Shown here one piece after another: positions 19,457 through 29,419 of a stretch of 64,000 nucleotides of DNA. Every line of letters starts with the position of its first letter. The stretch's first letter is position 1. This stretch comes from Armatimonadota bacterium (GTDB taxonomy: Bacteria; Armatimonadota; HRBIN16), in contig JBMFOT010000006.1 in the NCBI GenBank assembly GCA_049969495.1, positions 3,108 through 67,107 of the forward strand, read 5' to 3'. The notes under the pieces were generated by a model that was not told the DNA's origin, did not search any database, and was given only the letters and a program-made list of their open reading frames with translations. Position numbers and translations under genes: made by a program.

Positions 19457-19541
19457 GAGTGCACCTCCTGTTTGCCGAAAGGTCAGGTTTAAGCAGTGAT
19501 TCGCCGACAGTTATGGATGTCCTGCAGGATAGGACACCCCC

Positions 19542-19575
19542 AAACGAAAAACCCCCTCCGGCGAGCCGGAGGGGG
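19542..19575 (-). terminator. Rho-independent terminator after the upstream SLH-porin gene
   Basis: Minus strand: CCCCCTCCGG-CTCG-CCGGAGGGGG followed by TTTTTCGTTT. Located 18 nt downstream of the stop at 19593. Confidence 0.7.
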
Positions 19576-19592
19576 TTGGGTGCCAGAACAGG

Positions 19593-21521
19593 TTAGAACT
19601 TCACGCTGAACTGCGCCACTGCCACACCAGCGCGGGCTTTGTCATCGCCCGGGATCACACGCCATGGGACGACACCCTTGGCGTTGAAGTCCACCACCTG
19701 GTAGAGCAGTTTGAGCAGTGCGTTGTCGCCCACCTTGTAGTCTACGCCCAGCGTGACGTAGTTCTCCGTCGGCTTGGCGCCGGCTGCGGAGGTCTTGAGA
19801 TTCCACAGAACGCCCTCGTAGGAGACGTTCAGGTTCAGCTTCTCGGTGGCGTTCCACAGCACACCGGCTGCGACGTGGGTAATCTCATCGTCCTTGCCGA
19901 CGAAGCTCGCCGGGCGGTTGCTACCCTTGTAGAAGCCGCCCTTCGCATCGATGGCGAACGCACCCAGCTTCCATGCCAGGGCGACATCCGCGCCCTTGAT
20001 GTCGGTCGGGTTGTGCCAGTAGCCGATGCGTCCCCAGTAACCAGGGGCGGCGAAGTACGGACGCACCTCGCGATAGCCTGCGCTCACCGACAGGTTCTCG
20101 CCGAAGGTGTAGCCCACACCCACCAGCAACGCCCAGTTGTCCTTGTTGTTGACGTTAGTCGTCTGACGCAGCAGGTCGCTCTGGGCGTAGTCGGCGGTGA
20201 TGGTCAGGCGGTCGATCAGGTTCGCCTTCAGGTGACCACCGTATACGTTCAGGCGGTTTACGTTGCCGAACGGGGCGACCGCGGTGGTACCCAGCTTCGC
20301 GGTGATAACTTCACCGCTCAGGCTGACCTTCTCGCCCAGGTTCACGTCTACGGTTGCACCCGCACTGCTGTCGAACGCACCGATGCCCGCCACCGTGGCG
20401 GTTGCGGGGTGCGCTGCGGCCACGTTCGGGGACGCGCCGATGCCACCGTGAAGTGCCATGAAGTTTGTGCCGTTGTTGGTGTTCACGTTGCTGTTGCGAG
20501 CAGCGAACAGCCCGATTTGCACCGAGCCGAATCCCACCGATGCCTTCGCACCATCCATGCTGTAGTAGCCGTTATCGTAGCGATCGATGCTGGTGTAGAC
20601 ATCCACATCGGGTCGCCACAGGGTCAACGGGTTGATGCGGTTCTCGAAGCGACCGATAGTCAGGTTGACCTCGGTGCCGAACACGCTAATCGGCGCGTTG
20701 ACCGCGGCTTTCCACAGCACGATGTCGGTGTTGGTCGCTGCCGGGCGAAGGCCGAACTGCGATGCCGAGCCGAGGTAGGGCAGCCAGTTGCCGACCACTA
20801 GGCTCACATCGGCAGAAGCGGTGTCGCTGAGCTTGCTGCTGATGTTCAGCCCCAGCTCGTGCAACACGCTCAGGTTGCCCAGCAAGCCACCGGGCGCGGT
20901 CGGCTGCGCGTTCTGGTCGATGGCGGTGCGGTTGTCGATGCTGTTGGTGCCGCGCACCACAAAGGTGACGTCACCGCTGAGACGGAACCGCTTCATCTCC
21001 TCCTCGATCGCCTCGACACGCTTGCGCAGGTTGGCAAGGTCTCGCTTGGCGGACTCCACGTCCACACCCAGCGAAGCCAGCTCATCCTGGAACTCCGTGG
21101 CGAGGCGGTTAATACGCGCGATCGCCTCGTCCAGTCGCTGCAGTCTCTGCGCGGTGTCCGCCGGTATCGACTGCAGCTTCGCACGCTCCTCCTGGGTGAT
21201 TCCAGGCTGAGGTGCTGGAGGTTGCGGAGGCTGGCTGGGCTGTCCGCCTCCTCTCGGAATCTGCGCCCTCACCTCGTCGATCTGCTGTCGAATCGCGGCG
21301 AGCGCGTCGCGGATAGCGATGGCAAACTCATACCGCGTCAGCGGTGCCTTCCCCTTGAAGGTTCCATCCGGGTAACCCTTGATGATGCCATCGCGCATCA
21401 GCTCCTCGATAGCATCATAAGCCCAGTGCCCAGGTGGAACATCGGGGGGCACTTGTGCCCAGGCGTTGCCAGCGAAGGTCATCGCGATGGCGACACCCAA
21501 GCCGATTAACAGACGTTTCAT
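19593..21521 (-). CDS. SLH-domain outer-membrane porin paralog (OmpM/Slp-like)
   Basis: Same architecture as 17480-19456: signal peptide, SLH motif (PPGHWAYDAIEELMRDGIIKGYPDGTFKGKAPLTRYEFAIAI), a proline/glutamine linker, coiled coil, beta-barrel, C-terminal F. AAGGAGGAGGG SD. Confidence 0.85.
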   Translation of the reverse strand: MKRLLIGLGVAIAMTFAGNAWAQVPPDVPPGHWAYDAIEELMRDGIIKGYPDGTFKGKAPLTRYEFAIAIRDALAAIRQQIDEVRAQIPRGGGQPSQPPQPPAPQPGITQEERAKLQSIPADTAQRLQRLDEAIARINRLATEFQDELASLGVDVESAKRDLANLRKRVEAIEEEMKRFRLSGDVTFVVRGTNSIDNRTAIDQNAQPTAPGGLLGNLSVLHELGLNISSKLSDTASADVSLVVGNWLPYLGSASQFGLRPAATNTDIVLWKAAVNAPISVFGTEVNLTIGRFENRINPLTLWRPDVDVYTSIDRYDNGYYSMDGAKASVGFGSVQIGLFAARNSNVNTNNGTNFMALHGGIGASPNVAAAHPATATVAGIGAFDSSAGATVDVNLGEKVSLSGEVITAKLGTTAVAPFGNVNRLNVYGGHLKANLIDRLTITADYAQSDLLRQTTNVNNKDNWALLVGVGYTFGENLSVSAGYREVRPYFAAPGYWGRIGYWHNPTDIKGADVALAWKLGAFAIDAKGGFYKGSNRPASFVGKDDEITHVAAGVLWNATEKLNLNVSYEGVLWNLKTSAAGAKPTENYVTLGVDYKVGDNALLKLLYQVVDFNAKGVVPWRVIPGDDKARAGVAVAQFSVKF

Positions 21522-21936
21522 CGTACCCTCCTCCTTGTTCCTTGATGGAAGTGTACTGTACCGCTCGGAGCACCACTTCCCGGAACAGAGAGGACACTTT
21601 GGGGCACAGGGAGTTCGCTACGCGGAGCCTCCAGGGTTACCTCTCGCGCTACGTCTCCCCGCCGCCTTCCAGTGCTCCTCTGTTCTTGTCAGAAAGTGCC
21701 CCGATATGCATTCACCGCTTTCGCGGTGGGAATGCCATACCGAGTTCATTAACTACTATACCACGACCTTGCGCAAACGTCAAGCAGTTTGCCAGTGATT
21801 TTGCTGAAAAAGTTGTTTCTCTGCACTTTTCCGTCGTGTTGTTCCATTGCTATCGACAAGGTGAGCGGGAAATCGGTTATCATCATGTTGGCGGCTTTTT
21901 TCGCCGAATATCTTAAAACGGAGGAGAGTTCTCACG

Positions 21937-22857
21937 TTGATGCGTCAGGTGATAGAGTGCGTGCCGAACTTCAGCGAAGGACGCCGTCGCGATACGGTGG
22001 ATGCACTGGCAGCAGCCGTACGCGAAGTGTCCGGCGTTCGACTGGTGAACGTATCGGCAGACCCCGACCACCACCGTGCCGTGTTGACCTTTCTGGGCGA
22101 ACCAGACGCGGTGGCGGAAGCCGCCTTCCGCAGTGCCCGGGTGGCGGTGGAGCGTATAGACCTGCGATCCCATCAGGGGGTGCATCCGCGCATCGGCGCG
22201 GTGGACGTGATGCCCTTCATCCCGCTCCGAAACGTGGAGATGTCGGCATGTGCGCAAGTTGCACGCGAAGTGGGGTATCGTATCGCGCATGAGCTGGATG
22301 TGCCGGTGTACTTCTATGAACATGCCGCGCTGCCCGGCAGACCGGCAGACCTGCCGACCATCCGCCGAGGAGGTTTTGAGCGATGGGCAGGACGCCCGCT
22401 GAGCGGCGACCGCGCACCAGACGCGGGTCCGGCTTTTCTTCACCCAACGGCAGGAGCGGCGATCGTGGGGGCGCGCGGACCTCTCATTGCTTTCAACGTC
22501 AATTTAAGCACCGACCGTTTGGAAGTAGCCCAGCACATTGCCCACACGATTCGACGGGAACGGGAACGCATCCCTCAGCTGGCGGGCGTGCGCGCGCTGG
22601 GGTTATTGCTTGCCTCGCGGGGCATTGTGCAAGTGTCGCTGAACCTCACGCAGCCGGATCGCAGCCCGCTCTGGTGGGTGCTGGAGTACGTGCGAGAGCG
22701 TGCGGCGGAGCAGGGCGTGCAAATACTGGAAACGGAGCTGATAGGCGTCGCGCCTGCATCTGTAATCGCCGGGGTAGCGGCACGCTATTTGCAAAATCCG
22801 GCACTGGGTGAAGAGCACATTCTGGACCTGTGGCTGGACCCGGAATGGAGACCCTGA
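21937..22857 (+). CDS. ftcD: Glutamate formimidoyltransferase (formiminotransferase domain only)
   Basis: MMRQVIECVPNFSEGRRRDTVDALAAAV...HPRIGAVDVMPFIP matches the FTCD N-terminal family. No cyclodeaminase domain is present. Confidence 0.85.
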   Translation: MMRQVIECVPNFSEGRRRDTVDALAAAVREVSGVRLVNVSADPDHHRAVLTFLGEPDAVAEAAFRSARVAVERIDLRSHQGVHPRIGAVDVMPFIPLRNVEMSACAQVAREVGYRIAHELDVPVYFYEHAALPGRPADLPTIRRGGFERWAGRPLSGDRAPDAGPAFLHPTAGAAIVGARGPLIAFNVNLSTDRLEVAQHIAHTIRRERERIPQLAGVRALGLLLASRGIVQVSLNLTQPDRSPLWWVLEYVRERAAEQGVQILETELIGVAPASVIAGVAARYLQNPALGEEHILDLWLDPEWRP

Positions 22858-24845
22858 GTATATCGCAAATGGCTTTTCGTCTGGTACTTGCGCTGGCAGT
22901 GGTGGCGTGGAGCTGGTACGCCTCGCCACTGCAGCAGCTCGTCACCGGCATCGCAGGTGGACTGCTATTGCTCACCGCGGCGAAGCCGAAAGGGCGACCG
23001 GCGGCTTGTCTGGATGTGCTGGCGGTATCCGTCTTGCAGGCGTATTCCCCGGCGTGGCTACCACTCAGCGCATGGGTGATTTCCATCCACCGGCGATATG
23101 CACGGTCGGTAGCGATCCTGCTCACTCCGGCTCCCTTTCTCTATGCCTGGCGGGCAGATGGCGGTTTTTTGTGGTGGGCTGTACTGTCCGGAGGAGTATG
23201 GCTGTACCTTGGCTTCGCGCTGGCGGAACAACCGGCGGGTAACGAAGAAGGAGCTTTGCTGTTGCCCCTGCCGGACGACCTGCGCGAGCAATGGGAGCAG
23301 GAGCGTGAAGCGCACCGTCAGCTGAGATATCAGTATCAGGAGCTGGTAGGCGCACACCGCGAGCTGATAGCGCAACAACAGGCGGAACACACCCGTATTC
23401 ACATTTTGCGGGCAGCCCTTCTGGCAGGTGACGTGGGCGAGGTGGCACAACGCATCTGCTTTATGCTGTGCGAACACACTGGCGTAGGCGAGGCGGCAAT
23501 ATGGATGTTTGAGCGATACCGTTCCGCTCTGCGGCTGCTACACCCCCGCCATACCAACTTGCCAGTCCATATCCCTCTATCCCTATCTTCCCGCTCGCAG
23601 GAAAGCGACCTGTCTTTCCGTGCAGCTCTGAACCAGTTCAAGTCTGCTTTACAGCCTTCACAGGGCAACAGGGTGGAGGCGTTCCTGCTTTGCGATGAAC
23701 AGGGAATCGTCGGAGGGGTAGCGCTGTTTGGCTGGGGGCACCCAGAGGAAGAGGCAGGCATTCGCGAGCGGTTTCAGCAGATGCAGGGCGTGGTTGCTCT
23801 GGCTCTGCGCCACGCGATGCAGTGGAACACGCTATGGCAGGAAAACCGTACATGGCGCGCGCTGTATGAGATAGGCCGACTGTTCCTCACGTCTTCTTCA
23901 GTAGAAGATTCTGCCAGAAAGTTTATCTCAGCTGTATCGGAACTGCTGTCTGCTCCCTTTGTCACCCTGTATCTTCGTCAGCAGGATACCGACGCCTTTC
24001 AGATTGTCGCCTCTGTCGGTGAACCCATCCGATTGATGGAGCAAGAGGGGAAAGCAGAAGGAGGCATCGCCGCCTGGATAGCGCAGCAGGCTCGCCCTCT
24101 CTACGTTCCTCGCACCTCTACAGAGCCCAAACTGATTGGTCACACTTCCAAACGGATATTTGCCAGCCTGATCGGAGCGCCTCTGTCGGTGCGGGGACGC
24201 GTGGAAGGTGTGCTGCTCGTGGCGCATCCTACAACCGGCTATTTCGATGAGCACCACGTAGAACAAGTGGTGTCAGCTGTCAATCAGTTTGCGCAGGTGA
24301 TAGAGGTCTCACGCCTGACCCGTTCGGTTGGACTGCTGGCGCTCACGGACGGCTTGACGGGCGTGTTCAACCGCCGCTACATGGAGGTGCGGCTGGATGA
24401 GGAGATCCATCGCAGTCAGCGATACGGTAAGCGGTTCAGCCTGATTCTGGTGGACGTGGACCACTTCAAACAGGTGAACGATACCTGGGGGCATGCCACA
24501 GGCGACATGGTGCTACAGGAGGTAAGCCGCAGGCTGGTGGAGAACCTGCGGGAGACGGAGATGGTTTTCCGCTACGGGGGCGAGGAGTTTCTGGTGATTC
24601 TACCGGAGACCGCGCTCCAGCAGGCGACGGTCGTTGCACAACGGTTATGCGACGCGGTGCGAAAACACCCCTTCCACACGCTGGGCGGGGCGACCGTTTT
24701 CCGTGTAACGCTCAGCGCAGGTGTTGCCGAGTACCCGACGCACGGTTCCGATAAGGTGACCCTGCTTGCTGCCGCCGATCAGGCGCTCTATCTGGCGAAA
24801 CGGCGCGGACGGAACCGGGTAGAGCAATTACCCGATGCTGCTTGA
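22830..24845 (+). CDS. Membrane-anchored GAF-domain diguanylate cyclase (GGDEF)
   Basis: Multiple N-terminal TM helices, a coiled coil, two GAF-like regions, and a C-terminal GGDEF domain (RYGGEEFLVILPE, DHFKQVNDTWGHATGD). Confidence 0.85.
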   Translation: MAGPGMETLSISQMAFRLVLALAVVAWSWYASPLQQLVTGIAGGLLLLTAAKPKGRPAACLDVLAVSVLQAYSPAWLPLSAWVISIHRRYARSVAILLTPAPFLYAWRADGGFLWWAVLSGGVWLYLGFALAEQPAGNEEGALLLPLPDDLREQWEQEREAHRQLRYQYQELVGAHRELIAQQQAEHTRIHILRAALLAGDVGEVAQRICFMLCEHTGVGEAAIWMFERYRSALRLLHPRHTNLPVHIPLSLSSRSQESDLSFRAALNQFKSALQPSQGNRVEAFLLCDEQGIVGGVALFGWGHPEEEAGIRERFQQMQGVVALALRHAMQWNTLWQENRTWRALYEIGRLFLTSSSVEDSARKFISAVSELLSAPFVTLYLRQQDTDAFQIVASVGEPIRLMEQEGKAEGGIAAWIAQQARPLYVPRTSTEPKLIGHTSKRIFASLIGAPLSVRGRVEGVLLVAHPTTGYFDEHHVEQVVSAVNQFAQVIEVSRLTRSVGLLALTDGLTGVFNRRYMEVRLDEEIHRSQRYGKRFSLILVDVDHFKQVNDTWGHATGDMVLQEVSRRLVENLRETEMVFRYGGEEFLVILPETALQQATVVAQRLCDAVRKHPFHTLGGATVFRVTLSAGVAEYPTHGSDKVTLLAAADQALYLAKRRGRNRVEQLPDAA

Positions 24846-24848
24846 TAG

Positions 24849-25436
24849 CTACTGTACGGAGACCTCTTCCAGCGCGACCAGTTTCGCACCTTTGCTCTGC
24901 ATCTCCGCTAACGCCTTCTCGCTGTCGCCCGGCTGTACGTCCACCCCGCGAACTGCATCTCGAAGTACCAGCACCTCGAATCCGCGCTCCAGTGCGCCCA
25001 GCACCGATGCGCGCACGCAGTAGTCCGTAGCCAACCCGCCGACCACCAGCCGCCTGACCCCTTTCGTCTTGAGCAGGTCTTCCAGCGGCATGCCCTCTTC
25101 CGTGCGGGCATCGAACGCGGAGTAGGCGTCCTCGTTCTCGCCCATCCCTTTGGACACGATGATGGCATCATCGGGCAGACGCAGGTCGGGATGGAACGCC
25201 GCGCCCGCGGTATTCTGCACGCAATGCACGGGCCACTGCCCCCCATACGCAGCGAAGTGCGTGCTCTTTTCGGGATGCCAGTCGCGCGAGGCGATGATAG
25301 GTGCGCCCAACTGCCGGAACCGCTCGATGGCGCGGTTCAGCACGGGTACCACTTTATCTCCCTCCGGCACGGGCAATGCGCCGCCCGGGCAAAAATCATT
25401 TTGCACGTCCACTATCAGCAACGCGGTGTCCGCCAT
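24849..25436 (-). CDS. pncA: Nicotinamidase/pyrazinamidase (isochorismatase family)
   Basis: MADTALLIVDVQNDFCPGGALPV...ASRDWHP...VVGGLATDYCVRASVLGA. Start refined to the internal ATG at 25436; the track N-extension is spurious. Confidence 0.85.
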   Translation of the reverse strand: MADTALLIVDVQNDFCPGGALPVPEGDKVVPVLNRAIERFRQLGAPIIASRDWHPEKSTHFAAYGGQWPVHCVQNTAGAAFHPDLRLPDDAIIVSKGMGENEDAYSAFDARTEEGMPLEDLLKTKGVRRLVVGGLATDYCVRASVLGALERGFEVLVLRDAVRGVDVQPGDSEKALAEMQSKGAKLVALEEVSVQ

Positions 25437-25566
25437 GTTCTCACCTCCCGTACAATCTATTGTGTCACACTCCCCGCGTGATATGCAACCTCGGCAGGTT
25501 GACATCTACACAGCAAAACTGCTATGCTTACAACGACCACAGGGCACATGCAAGGAGGCTCGAGAT

Positions 25567-27306
25567 TTGGAAAACGCAAGACCGCTCGGTTACTTTGCCT
25601 TTGTGTTGCACTCGCATATCCCATACGTGCTGGCACACGGGCGCAGTCCGCACGGTATGGACTGGCTATCAGAAAGCGCTGCCGAGACATACATACCGCT
25701 GCTGAATACCTGTTACCGGCTGATCAAAGAAGGCATCTCACCGCAGTTTACCATCGGTATTACACCGGTGCTGGCGGAGCAGCTGGTACAGCCGGCGTTC
25801 GCCGCCGAGTTCGAGGCGTGGCTGCAGGACAAAATCGCCGCTGCCGAGGTGAATCGAAAAGAGTTCCTGAGCGAGAAAAACCTGGGCATGGCTGCACTAG
25901 CAGAATACTGGTACCGGTTTTTCAGTAAAACTTTAACCGATTTTCGGGAACGCTATCAGTCGGACATCATCGGCGCATTCCGTGACCTGCAAGACGCCGG
26001 GCACGTGGAAATCCTGACCAGTGCGGCAACGCACGGCTACCTGCCTCTGCTGGGAACCGATGAGGCGGTGCAGGCGCAAATTAAACAGGGTGTGCAGACC
26101 TACAAACGATTGTTCGGCAGGATGCCGCGAGGCTTCTGGCTGCCCGAATGCGCGTATCGCCCGCGCTACCGCTGGAACTATCCGGTAGATTTCGAGAGCA
26201 AACCCTCGCAACCCTGGCTACGCAAAGGCGTTGAGGAGATTCTGGCTGAAAACGGCATCGAGTACTTTTTCATCGATTCGCATTTGCTCAAGGGCGGGGA
26301 GGCGATAGGCGTCTACGCCGAGCGGTTCAAGCCTCTGCGCGAGCTGTGGGTACAGTTCAGCACACAGTACCGCCCGGAGGAGGCAGAGAAATCACCGTAC
26401 TACGTCTACCTGGTGAATTCGTCGGGCGAGCCCAAGCCACCCATCGCTGTTTTCACGCGCGACCCGCGCACCGGCGTGCAGGTGTGGAGTGCCGACTCCG
26501 GTTACCCGGGCGACGAGTACTATCTGGAGTTCCACAAAAAGCAGCCACCGGGTGGCCTGCGTTACTGGCGCATCTCCCGCCCAAAAGATGACCTGGGCAA
26601 AAAGCAGCCGTACGAGCTGGCGAGGGCGTTCGAGCGCATTCAGGAACACGCCAAGCACTTCGTCGACCTTGCGCACGAGGTGCTCAGCGAGCACGTGCAA
26701 TCCACCGGTCAAAGCGGTATCATTACCGCCATGTACGACACCGAGCTGTACGGGCACTGGTGGTTTGAGGGCCCTGAATGGCTGTACTGGGTGCGTCGGG
26801 GGATGGAGACACACCCCGAAATCCACCCCGTCACCTGTAGCAAATACCTGCATCTGTACCCGCCGCAGACGGTGGTACATCTGCCGGAAGGCTCGTGGGG
26901 TGAAGGCGGCTACCACTGGGTGTGGCTGAACGAGTGGACAGAATGGACATGGAAGCGTATTTACCCTGCCGAGCGCGAGATGGTGCGCCTGGCGCGGCAG
27001 TACGGCGATAACCCGAAGGTGCAGACCATCCTGAAGCAAATCGCCCGCGAGTTGTTGCTTCTGCAATCATCTGACTGGCAGTTTCTCATCAGCACGTGGT
27101 CGGCGCGAGATTATGCCGAGCTGCGAGTGCAATGGCATGCCGACCGTTTCCAGATGCTGGTGAACTTGCTGGAGCGGGTCGCGCGAGGTGAGGAACCATC
27201 TGCTGAAGAGTGGGGCGCGCTGGGCGAGGCGGAGGAGCGCGATAACATCTTCCCCGACGTCGAGCCGAAGTGGTGGGCGCAGATAGAGTTCCCGCCAAAC
27301 GAGTAG
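25567..27306 (+). CDS. GH57-family 1,4-alpha-glucan branching enzyme
   Basis: N-terminus ENARPLGYFAFVLHSHIPYVLAHGRSPHGMDWLSE resembles Thermus/Thermococcus GH57 branching enzymes. Proposed TTG start at 25567, with a perfect AAGGAGG 8 nt upstream. The 718-aa track ORF over-extends into the divergent pncA gene. Confidence 0.75.
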   Translation: MENARPLGYFAFVLHSHIPYVLAHGRSPHGMDWLSESAAETYIPLLNTCYRLIKEGISPQFTIGITPVLAEQLVQPAFAAEFEAWLQDKIAAAEVNRKEFLSEKNLGMAALAEYWYRFFSKTLTDFRERYQSDIIGAFRDLQDAGHVEILTSAATHGYLPLLGTDEAVQAQIKQGVQTYKRLFGRMPRGFWLPECAYRPRYRWNYPVDFESKPSQPWLRKGVEEILAENGIEYFFIDSHLLKGGEAIGVYAERFKPLRELWVQFSTQYRPEEAEKSPYYVYLVNSSGEPKPPIAVFTRDPRTGVQVWSADSGYPGDEYYLEFHKKQPPGGLRYWRISRPKDDLGKKQPYELARAFERIQEHAKHFVDLAHEVLSEHVQSTGQSGIITAMYDTELYGHWWFEGPEWLYWVRRGMETHPEIHPVTCSKYLHLYPPQTVVHLPEGSWGEGGYHWVWLNEWTEWTWKRIYPAEREMVRLARQYGDNPKVQTILKQIARELLLLQSSDWQFLISTWSARDYAELRVQWHADRFQMLVNLLERVARGEEPSAEEWGALGEAEERDNIFPDVEPKWWAQIEFPPNE

Positions 27307-27342
27307 AACAAGACGTGGGACATCCGTACGCTATTTTCCGAA

Positions 27343-27359
27343 GGACACGGATAGGCACG
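27343..27359. promoter_or_regulatory. 17-bp motif GGACACGGATAGGCACG (copy 1; ACGGAT/ATCCGT half-sites) upstream of selA
   Basis: An identical 17-mer recurs at 29420-29436 upstream of the GT4 gene. Both loci also carry CATCCGT(R)(Y)(R)CTAT. See findings. Confidence 0.35.
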
Positions 27360-27386
27360 AAGGATTCGCTTATCGTTTACACTCCA

Positions 27387-28829
27387 ATGGGAACGCAGTA
27401 TACAGAAGATAAGCAACCTGGTTTGCGTCGGCTTCCTGCAGTGTCGCGTGTGCTGCAGGATAAGCAGGTGCAAGAAGCGATAGCCGAACACGGGCGCGAA
27501 CTGGTTGTGGATTGCGTGCGTGAAACCCTCGATCGGCTTCGTGAACGCCTTAAAAGAGGTGAAACGGTACCGACCGACCTGTCGTCGGTGGTGCAGGAAG
27601 CGCTGCAGGCGGTGGAACGATGGCGCACTTCTACCCTTCGCCGCGTCATCAACGCGACGGGCGTCGTCTTGCATACCGGCTTGGGGCGCGCTGTGCTGGC
27701 GGAGGCTGCTCGTCGGGCGGTGGCGGAGGTAGCACAGGGGCACTCGATGCTGGAGATCGACCGCGATACCGGCGAGCGCGGCGACCGCATCGAGCATGTG
27801 CGTGAGCTACTGTGTCGCCTGACCGGCGCGGAGGATGCTACCGTGGTAAACAACAACGCGGGGGCGGTGCTATTGGCAGTGACGGTGCTGGCGCAGAGCA
27901 AAGAGGTTATTATCTCGCGGGGGCAACTGGTGGAAATCGGAGGGGCGTTTCGCATGCCCGACATCATCGCGCAGAGCGGGGCAAGACTGGTGGAAGTGGG
28001 TACCACCAACCGCACACGTCTGTCGGACTACGAGCGAGCAATAACCCCCGACACCGCCTTGCTGATTCGCTGTCACCCCAGCAATTTCCGCATCGTGGGC
28101 TTTAGCGAAGAGGTACCTGCGGCGGATTTGGCGTCGCTGGCGCACCGATACAATCTGCCCGTGCTGGACGATGTGGGCAGTGGGTGTCTGGTGGATACCG
28201 AGCGGTTCGGGCTGGAGCACGAACCCACCTTGCAGGAGAGCGTACAAGCGGGTTGCGACGTGGTTACCTGCAGTGGCGACAAACTGCTGGGCGGACCGCA
28301 GGCGGGTATCGTCCTGGGGCGCAAAGAGATAGTACAGCGCATTCGCAGGCATCCGTTGCATCGTGCCCTTCGAGTGGATAAGCTGACCCTTGCTGCGCTG
28401 GAGGCAACCCTGCGTCTCTACCTGAATCCGGAGAAGGCGGTGCAGGAGGTTCCTGTGCTGCGTGCGCTGGCGACGCCTGCCGATGATATCGAGCGACGGG
28501 CGAGGCGGTTGAAACAGAGGCTGCAATCCATCTTGCCCGCAGAGGGGATAACGGTGCGCCTGCGCGAAGGCGAGTCGGCTGTGGGAGGCGGAAGTCTGCC
28601 CGGTCAGCAACTACCCACGACGCTGGTATGCCTGCGATTGTCGGATGGCAATGTGCAACGGCTGGCACGCGCCCTGCGCTGGCAGGAACCCGCTGTCTTC
28701 ACTCGTATCGAACAGGAGGAGGTAGTGATAGACCCCCGTACCTTACTGGAGGGTGAGATGGAAACGCTGGTGCAGGCGGTGGCGCGCGCCGTCACGCAGT
28801 GCTTGGGAGGTGAGGCAAGCCATGCATGA
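27387..28829 (+). CDS. selA: L-seryl-tRNA(Sec) selenium transferase
   Basis: MGTQYTEDKQPGLRRLPAVSRVLQ...RRVINATGVVLHTGLGRA...PSNFRIVGFSEEV...DVVTCSGDKLLGGPQAG. This is the SelA family with its PLP lysine region. Confidence 0.9.
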   Translation: MGTQYTEDKQPGLRRLPAVSRVLQDKQVQEAIAEHGRELVVDCVRETLDRLRERLKRGETVPTDLSSVVQEALQAVERWRTSTLRRVINATGVVLHTGLGRAVLAEAARRAVAEVAQGHSMLEIDRDTGERGDRIEHVRELLCRLTGAEDATVVNNNAGAVLLAVTVLAQSKEVIISRGQLVEIGGAFRMPDIIAQSGARLVEVGTTNRTRLSDYERAITPDTALLIRCHPSNFRIVGFSEEVPAADLASLAHRYNLPVLDDVGSGCLVDTERFGLEHEPTLQESVQAGCDVVTCSGDKLLGGPQAGIVLGRKEIVQRIRRHPLHRALRVDKLTLAALEATLRLYLNPEKAVQEVPVLRALATPADDIERRARRLKQRLQSILPAEGITVRLREGESAVGGGSLPGQQLPTTLVCLRLSDGNVQRLARALRWQEPAVFTRIEQEEVVIDPRTLLEGEMETLVQAVARAVTQCLGGEASHA

Positions 28830-29403
28830 CCCGGTGAATCGAGCGATTAACGATGCCGTCAAAGCGCTGGTGCGTGTGGCGGCGATGCGTGAAAAAGGAG
28901 CGGACCAGCACAGCGCGCGAGTAGCGGTTTTGGCGGTAGCTACCGGCGAGAAGCTGGGCATGAACGACGAGGAGCTGCTGGTGTTGCGCCGCGCGGCAGA
29001 ACTGCATGACATCGGTAAAGTGGCGATTTCGGAAAGCATTCTGGGGAAGCTGGGCAGATTGAGCGAAGAGGAGATCAGAATCATGCGCCAGCACGCTACC
29101 CTCGCGCTGGAAATCCTGGGTGCTGTACAGGCCCTGCAGCCCACTCTCCCACTCATCAAGCATCACCACGAGCGCTGGGACGGCACAGGTTACCCCGACG
29201 GTCTGGCTGGTGAGGAGATACCTCTGGGAGCGCGTATTATTGCGGTGGCGGAAGTGTACGACATTCTGACGCACGGTGCTGCGTGGAAGGAGCCGCTGAG
29301 CGTAGAGGAGGCGAAGGCGGAGATACGGCGATGCGCAGGCTCGCAGTTCGACCCGCGTGTGGTGGAAGCGTTTCTTCAGGTGTGTGACCTGATGTGCGAG
29401 TAA
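28822..29403 (+). CDS. HD-GYP domain protein (c-di-GMP phosphodiesterase-like)
   Basis: AELHDIGKVAI...IKHHHERWDGTGYPDGLAGEEIPLGARIIAVAEVYD contains the HD and GYP motifs. The start overlaps the selA stop as ATGCATGA. Confidence 0.85.
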   Translation: MHDPVNRAINDAVKALVRVAAMREKGADQHSARVAVLAVATGEKLGMNDEELLVLRRAAELHDIGKVAISESILGKLGRLSEEEIRIMRQHATLALEILGAVQALQPTLPLIKHHHERWDGTGYPDGLAGEEIPLGARIIAVAEVYDILTHGAAWKEPLSVEEAKAEIRRCAGSQFDPRVVEAFLQVCDLMCE

Positions 29404-29419
29404 TGTTTGCGGTTAAGAG

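Noticed and set aside
19875-21509. Plus-strand ORFs 19875-20801 and 20859-21509
   Set aside because: They are antisense to the second SLH-porin gene, which has strong domain evidence.
25150-25566. N-terminal 139-codon extension of the 718-aa ORF (GH57 gene)
   Set aside because: The extension overlaps the divergent pncA gene. GH57 homology begins at LGYFAFVLHSHIPY, and a TTG with a perfect AAGGAGG lies at 25567.
27111-28015. Minus-strand ORFs 27111-27797 and 27377-28015
   Set aside because: They are antisense to selA and low complexity.
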